DNA of 62,704 bases, filler included, from Chrysochromulina tobinii (Eukaryota): assembly GCA_001275005.1 (NCBI GenBank). It is 6 parts of 6 records of this genome, joined end to end, with 100 filler letters (N's around TTAATTAATTAA, not from the genome) between each part and the next. Parts side by side here need not be neighbours in the genome. Positions count along the whole stretch, not along the records: positions 56,656 to 62,704 come from JWZX01000904.1; 5 more parts are not named here. One strand, written 5' to 3'. Every line of letters begins with the position of its first letter. Position 1 is the first letter of the stretch. Below the pieces are notes generated by a model. That model was given only the letters and a program-made list of their open reading frames with translations. It was not told the origin of the DNA and did no database searches. Positions 57,193-62,704 of the stretch are shown piece after piece. The position numbers were made by a program, and so were the translations under genes.

Positions 57193-57417
57193 AATCTTGC
57201 GGGTTTTCCGATTTGTCCACTGGCTGATATATGTTCACAGTATGTTCACAGACACAGTACCGCATAGTCCTAATAACTTCGCGCCGTGCTGGGTTCATAT
57301 CATCAATATATACGTGAAGTTGACTTAGCCTGATGCTTAACTTCTTTGGTAGCTCTCAATGACGAGCCACCCGACTCATCAACGACGACAGTCAGTCACA
57401 CAGTCAGTCACGCACGT

Positions 57418-57712
57418 GTGTGAACATTATGTTCACAGTACGGTACGACCATGATAACATGCGGTTGAGCTGAGTGCTGATCTGGAATCAGTGAGAAAAA
57501 TTATGCTTGTAGCATATTTAACATCTCTCTGAAACTCTGGTAGCTCTGAACGGCAAGACTTCTTGCGGGACCTAGTGAGTGTGAACATGATGTTCACAGT
57601 ACGGTATGACCATGATATAACTTGAGGTTGAGCTGATTGCAGATCTGAAATCAGCGAGAAAAAATTATTACAGTAGCATACTTAACATCCTTGGAATCTC
57701 TTAATGGCAAGA
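57418..57712. repeat. Diverged direct repeat, period about 160
   Basis: GTGAACAT.ATGTTCACAGTACGGTA.GACCATGATA occurs twice and includes the GTGAACAT/ATGTTCAC palindrome. Confidence 0.75.
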
Positions 57713-58015
57713 ATCATGCCGGAACTGGAATTCCGCAGCTTTCACAGTCACCGCAGCTGTGAAATCATGCCCAACTGCCAACACGACGCTTTTGGCCACC
57801 CTAACTTACTTACTTACCACGGATACTTTACCGGTCCGGTCTAAGTTTCCATCGCAAGGTTTCGTCCGCCCGCCACATCTCGTTGGTGGGTTAGCATGCT
57901 AACGACCGACCCACGTCCCCTGGACCTCACCTCCCGCTCGCAGGCGTATTTCTCGATCGAGGTAAAAGTACTTGTACTTCACAGCTGATTCACGCGGGCG
58001 CCCCGAATATCAACT

Positions 58016-59410
58016 TTAGAAGTTGAGATTGGGAAACGTTTGATAGCGCTGGTGATGATCTTCGCAAGCTTTGCGCGCCGCAATTGAGCTGGTAGCGGTG
58101 CAGGAGGTGAGCAACTCGTAAAGGTTGACCGTGACAAGCTCGGCTGAGTACCTTCGCACTAGACGATGCGCGTAACGTTGCATCTGCGCGCGCCGTGTGG
58201 AGTTTGCTCGTAGGTGGTCGATGGCGTCCACGTAGCGATCGATCATCGTGTCGTCGTACAGCTGCGGGACGTGCAGTGGCTTATATGCTGACTGCGCGTT
58301 TGCCGGAATGCCACCTGGCGGGGTCACCCACATGACAGCCTCGCCAAACACCGAGGGCAGCGCGGCAATCGGTGGGGCGAGCACAAGCACGCCTGCAACC
58401 AACGCCTCCGCAACCGCGTTCGCAAAGGTGTCGTAGTGCACAATTCCGCGGACACTCGCAAGGCCATACACAAAGAAGGAGGAGCCGAGTAGCTCTCGCA
58501 GCAATGCCTCCTTGCTAAAGTGCGTCACCAACACGTCAGGCCCTTGACCAGCTGCAGACCGGATTCCGTCCCTCTCCGCAATCGAACCACCGTTGTCTTT
58601 AGCATATGAAGCCCACGTCGCGCGCGCCACAATGCTCTCTTTCTCTCTCCCTGTCGAGGTGTGCATACGGGACGCGTTGACCGTGCCACCATATCTGTCA
58701 CGCACCCGCGCATAGACACGAGCAGCAACCGCACCACCTCGCTCATAGCACGCGGGGAAGACAAAGCCGAGAGGGTTGCGGGGGATGTGCGAGGATGAGC
58801 TTATGCGATCCACGGCCTCGGTGTCGACCGGATTGCGCCACTGCAGGTGCCTTACCCACTGCGACCGCTGCATCCATGTCGGTGCGTACCGTGGGAAGAG
58901 AGACTGGCCCCACGGGCTCAGATGGGCAAAGACGAGTTCATAGGACGGGTGGACGGCACGCTGGGCTTCACTGTACGTCTGCAGCCTCTTCGCATCGTTT
59001 CGATCGAAGTCTTGCATCTCCATGAGGATGCAGAGCCGCTGGGTGACGACTTGGGTAAAAAAACGTGCGACAAAAAGGGCAGTGGACACAATCGTCACAT
59101 TGAATGTTAAGGCCTTCAACCTGGTATGCGCCTCATCCAGTGGCACATAATGAACACCATTTGCAGCAGCCATGGAGCTCGGCTTCGTGACCTGACCCAC
59201 AAGATACGTTTCCCAGCCCGATGCTGCAAAACGCTCTGCCATTGCAAGCAGTGCTGTATGTGTACCGGAAATGCCGACACCACTTTTGGGATTCGCAATG
59301 ATCTCTGAATTCCAAGTGGAAAAACCTTCTGGTATGCTTGGAGTCTCAACAAGGACGCGATTCCTTGGGCGAACCCCTAGCATGGCGAGCGCTAGCGTTG
59401 GTCCCAGCAT
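58016..59410 (-). CDS. GT-B (GT4-like) glycosyltransferase
   Basis: GISGTHTALLAMAERFAASGWET and DTFANAVAEALVAGVLVLAPPIAALPSV. Confidence 0.75.
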   Translation of the reverse strand: MLGPTLALAMLGVRPRNRVLVETPSIPEGFSTWNSEIIANPKSGVGISGTHTALLAMAERFAASGWETYLVGQVTKPSSMAAANGVHYVPLDEAHTRLKALTFNVTIVSTALFVARFFTQVVTQRLCILMEMQDFDRNDAKRLQTYSEAQRAVHPSYELVFAHLSPWGQSLFPRYAPTWMQRSQWVRHLQWRNPVDTEAVDRISSSSHIPRNPLGFVFPACYERGGAVAARVYARVRDRYGGTVNASRMHTSTGREKESIVARATWASYAKDNGGSIAERDGIRSAAGQGPDVLVTHFSKEALLRELLGSSFFVYGLASVRGIVHYDTFANAVAEALVAGVLVLAPPIAALPSVFGEAVMWVTPPGGIPANAQSAYKPLHVPQLYDDTMIDRYVDAIDHLRANSTRRAQMQRYAHRLVRRYSAELVTVNLYELLTSCTATSSIAARKACEDHHQRYQTFPNLNF

Positions 59411-59644
59411 TGCCCTCGAGCTTCCGCGGAAGCGTGCCTTTTTGCCAAATTTGGCTCGAAAAATAAGGGTCATCCGAGGCAAATGCGTTCCGACGTGGGC
59501 CGAGGATCGTGAAAGATGAAGATGCCGCATTCGATGCGTCGCTAGCGTAGGTTTCGTCGGGTGATACGAACCGCGGGACCCGGCGTCGATAACCGAACCG
59601 TTGAAATACGCGACGAAACCGACCAACGCAACTCTGAACCGATC

Positions 59645-62041
59645 TTACAAAACCGAATCATACGCAGCCGCCGCTTCGGCCTCGGGCATCGCCTGATCGC
59701 GCGCCTGCTCGAGCGCTGTGATGAGCGCCTTGGCCTTTGTCGCCACCTCGACGTCCTCTGCGGTGCCCGCACCAGGGGCTTCGGAGGCGGCCACGAGCGC
59801 GGCCGCCTCGCGGCGGAGCGCCGCCACCTGGTGCACGAAGCGACGAGCAGCGAGCGTGCGCCCCTTGGGGGCATCGGCATCGCCGGCCTCGGCGGCCACA
59901 CGACGCTGCTGCTCGAGCACCTCGAGCGCGGCACGTGTCCGGTCCTCGAGCTCCACGAGGGCGCTGGCACCTCGCAGCTGCTGCAAGTTGTATCTCATGA
60001 TTCGACCATGGGGCCCGTCGCGCACACGCTCGAGCTCGTAGACGGTCCCAGGCACCGGTCGCAGATGGAGCTCAGCCGCGGCGGTCGCCCTGGCGAGCAG
60101 CTCGGCAGGTAGCGTGCGGCTCGCAGCCCGCACCATCTGCTGGATGCGCCCGATACCACGCGCGCCCACGATGACGCCGCCCACACCAGGCCGACTGCGG
60201 GCCCAGGCAAGCGCCACGTCGGCAATGGCCAACGGCTCGCCACCGACGGCGGCGGTGGCATCATCTGCGATCGCACGGAGAGCGCGGAGGAGGGCCTGCA
60301 GTGCGCCCCACCCGCCGGCCTCGTCGACGATCAGCAGATATTTGGTGAGCGATCGTGACTCGTGTTGCAATGGGTCGGCAGGCGGCTGCGGCTGGCCGAG
60401 CCACCGATCGGAGAGCAGCCCCCCCGCCAGCGCGCCGTAAGGCAAGATCTGGATCCCGGTGGCCACGCAGTAAGCGCCCAGGCCACTCGTCTCGACCCGA
60501 CGGTCGAGCAGCGACAGTTGCACCTGCGTGGTCGCGATGGGCACGCCCGCTTGTACAATCTCGCGCGTCGGCTCGAGCACAAGATTCGTCAGCCCGAGCT
60601 CGCGCACGAGGCCTTGCCTGCGCAGCGTCGCCAGATGCTGTGCGACCTCTACGTAGCGGCGGACCGAGAGGTCCCACCAGTGGAACTGGACGAGATCGAG
60701 GTAGCTAGTCTGGAGCCGCCCACACGAGCGCTCGACGGCCCGGCGCGTCTCCGCCATGCCGTACGTGCCCAGCTCATCGAGATCAGGCACGAGCTTCGTA
60801 TGCAGCAGCAACGAGGCGCGCCGCCGACCACGCGCAACGTGTTCGCCTACGAAGCGCCCCACGATCACCTCGACGCCCGTGTAGATGTCGCCTAAGTCGA
60901 ACGCGACCAGCCCCGCAGCCACATGCGCCGCCAAGTGCTCATGACAGCGCTTACGAAGCGCGTCGAGGTCGCTCCCCTCCGGATGCTTCGAATGGCCTGA
61001 GGAGAGCTGCCAACCCCCGACGATGAGCCGCGGGCAGCGGTACGTGCTGCCGATCGGCACGCGAGGGATACTCGCGCTCCCGGCCGCCTGCTGCTGCGCA
61101 CGCCGCGCATGCATGCGCATCACGCGCCCCATGAAGTCCTCCGTGGGCGCCTCGGCCGCGGCTGCAAAGAGAGGGAGCGCGGCTGCGTGGTCGCGGCACA
61201 CGACCTCCAGCCACAGGGCGGCGTAGAAACGGCCATATGAGCCGTGGTCTGTCATGAGCGACGGCAGCACGCGCCTGGCCCCCTCGGCTGGATTGGTGGC
61301 GCCACTCTCATAGAGCTGCTGCACGAGGTGCATCACCGGACGGTCGTCGAAGCCGCACGCGAGTAGTGAAGGGGCTCGCATATGGGCGGCAGCATGGGCC
61401 GGGAATTCTGGCGCGCGCAGCTGGCACAGGCACAGGTGGTGCCACACGACCTCCTCCACGTCGTTCCCGTTGGCCGTCACGTCGTTGAGGAACTGTGCCG
61501 CCCCCGCAGCGTACGAGCCCTGGTAGAAGAGCGCGAGGCCGCGTTGCCAGAGCAGCGGCGAGAGGCTTGCGTCGATGGCGAGGATGGCATCGAACAGCTC
61601 TACGGACGCCTCGGCGTCGCCCACCGCGAGTGCGTTGGCCGCATCCACCGCAAGCGCCGCCACCTTCGGCGAGTGCTCGAAGAGCGTGTCGATCTGGGCC
61701 GTACTGCTCCCGGCGATCGGGGTCTTGCTCGTGGCGACCTGAGCTGCGCTGCTGCTCGAGCTGCGCTGAACGGGCGCCAGCTCCGCCTCTAGCTCGTGCG
61801 TCGGCACGCGAGAGGAGATGCTCGAGCTGCGCTGCGCGAACTCCGCCTGCTTCTGGTAATCACAGAGGTGCTGCCCGATGGCCACCAAAGGGTTGTCCGG
61901 CCTGTCGATGAGCACTTGTTCGACTGCCGCCTCAAGTGCGGCGCGGGCCTCCCTCAGGTACACATCCGCCGGACGCTCCTGCGATTTCAGCCAGCGCACG
62001 ACCGCCGCTTCGGTTGGAGTGGTGTTTTGGTTCGACGCCAT
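59645..62041 (-). CDS. Fusion of a Dpy-30/RIIa-like helix, an NlpI-like TPR domain and an aldo-keto reductase
   Basis: AVEQVLIDRPDNPLVAIGQHL; LWQRGLALFYQG..QFLNDVTANGNDVEEVVW; GGWQLS, FDLGDIY, HTK, LDLVQFHWW and YGALAGGLL. Confidence 0.85.
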   Translation of the reverse strand: MASNQNTTPTEAAVVRWLKSQERPADVYLREARAALEAAVEQVLIDRPDNPLVAIGQHLCDYQKQAEFAQRSSSISSRVPTHELEAELAPVQRSSSSSAAQVATSKTPIAGSSTAQIDTLFEHSPKVAALAVDAANALAVGDAEASVELFDAILAIDASLSPLLWQRGLALFYQGSYAAGAAQFLNDVTANGNDVEEVVWHHLCLCQLRAPEFPAHAAAHMRAPSLLACGFDDRPVMHLVQQLYESGATNPAEGARRVLPSLMTDHGSYGRFYAALWLEVVCRDHAAALPLFAAAAEAPTEDFMGRVMRMHARRAQQQAAGSASIPRVPIGSTYRCPRLIVGGWQLSSGHSKHPEGSDLDALRKRCHEHLAAHVAAGLVAFDLGDIYTGVEVIVGRFVGEHVARGRRRASLLLHTKLVPDLDELGTYGMAETRRAVERSCGRLQTSYLDLVQFHWWDLSVRRYVEVAQHLATLRRQGLVRELGLTNLVLEPTREIVQAGVPIATTQVQLSLLDRRVETSGLGAYCVATGIQILPYGALAGGLLSDRWLGQPQPPADPLQHESRSLTKYLLIVDEAGGWGALQALLRALRAIADDATAAVGGEPLAIADVALAWARSRPGVGGVIVGARGIGRIQQMVRAASRTLPAELLARATAAAELHLRPVPGTVYELERVRDGPHGRIMRYNLQQLRGASALVELEDRTRAALEVLEQQRRVAAEAGDADAPKGRTLAARRFVHQVAALRREAAALVAASEAPGAGTAEDVEVATKAKALITALEQARDQAMPEAEAAAAYDSVL

Positions 62042-62704
62042 TTTCCCGAATCCGAGCGCACTGTGAAGAACTTTAAACATTGGCTGTGAAGAGAAGGGGA
62101 AGTTAGCTATTCCCCCTACCCCTGCCTTTTGGGAGAGTACCTTCTGGATTTCAGTCTGTCAGTCCGTTTCGTCCACTCGATCCCCACCACCTGATTTTCA
62201 ACTCAGTGATCAGTCCTAGGGGACAGAACCGAGTGTGGACGTCAGCCGAGGTGCCCGAGGTCATGTGTCGCGTCGACGCCCGCGTCGCGCGTGCGGTCTC
62301 GCGAGTTATTTTTGCCCCAAACGGCAAACCGCCTAAGTTTGTGACCCTGATCCTTGTAAACGAGACCGCGGTGTGCGCCGTGTATCGACTTACTCGATCG
62401 CCGTGTCAGCACGGAACCCGCTAGATCCGTCTACCCGACATTCCTACCCGATTCCCTGGCTGCGAGGCAGCGGATGCCACAGTCACGGACACCCTCGCAC
62501 GTCGCCCCCAGATCCCATCTCCCAGATCCCTGCTCGTAGCGCGCACAGGAGGCACGGCGCTCGCCGGAGCGAACGTCGGCACACCAACGACGTGAACGGA
62601 GCGGAGCGCTGTCCAGAGCACTTGCTTAGTACTCCTCGCCGCCCTCCTCCTCGAACTCGCCCTCCTCCTCGGCGGACGCGTCCTGGTACTGCTGGTACTC
62701 GGAG

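Noticed and set aside
62100..62704. Possible LTR or transposon start at the window end
   Set aside because: No second terminus or recognisable ORF is visible.

Overview
Eukaryotic, GC-rich algal DNA, probably a haptophyte (inferred from the signal-peptide-type plastid targeting on Z-ISO, GC-AG splicing, a selenoprotein and Pmp-like repeat proteins). The window is six unrelated contigs joined by artificial 100-nt N/TTAATTAATTAA spacers: 1-11605, 11706-21710, 21811-42276, 42377-45080, 45181-56555 and 56656-62704. Genes: Mx-like dynamin, retropepsin-like protease, PARG, Pmp-like surface protein, Z-ISO, PMCA-type Ca2+-ATPase, a peroxiredoxin with an in-frame TGA at the catalytic position (likely selenocysteine), Sfi1-like coiled-coil protein, class III aminotransferase, F-box protein, EXD3/mut-7-like exonuclease, GT5 glucan synthase, GT31 and GT4 glycosyltransferases, NACHT-type ankyrin protein, EF-hand and ankyrin proteins, EDRF1-like protein and a TPR/aldo-keto reductase fusion. 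There is also a chromodomain retrotransposon fragment and satellite DNA. Main observation: 9 of the 10 introns I could reconstruct (three genes, three contigs) contain a 12-27 bp copy of adjacent exon sequence. Most also contain a strand-oriented 10-11 nt TGA-containing microsatellite, and several end in a shared acceptor cassette (CTGATTGCCTCCCTCATCAG). The duplicated exon sequence supplies the donor, the acceptor or both, including GC and apparently GA donors. This looks like a recent intron-generating process without terminal inverted repeats. All intron calls were made by hand from reading frame and protein motifs; there is no transcript evidence.
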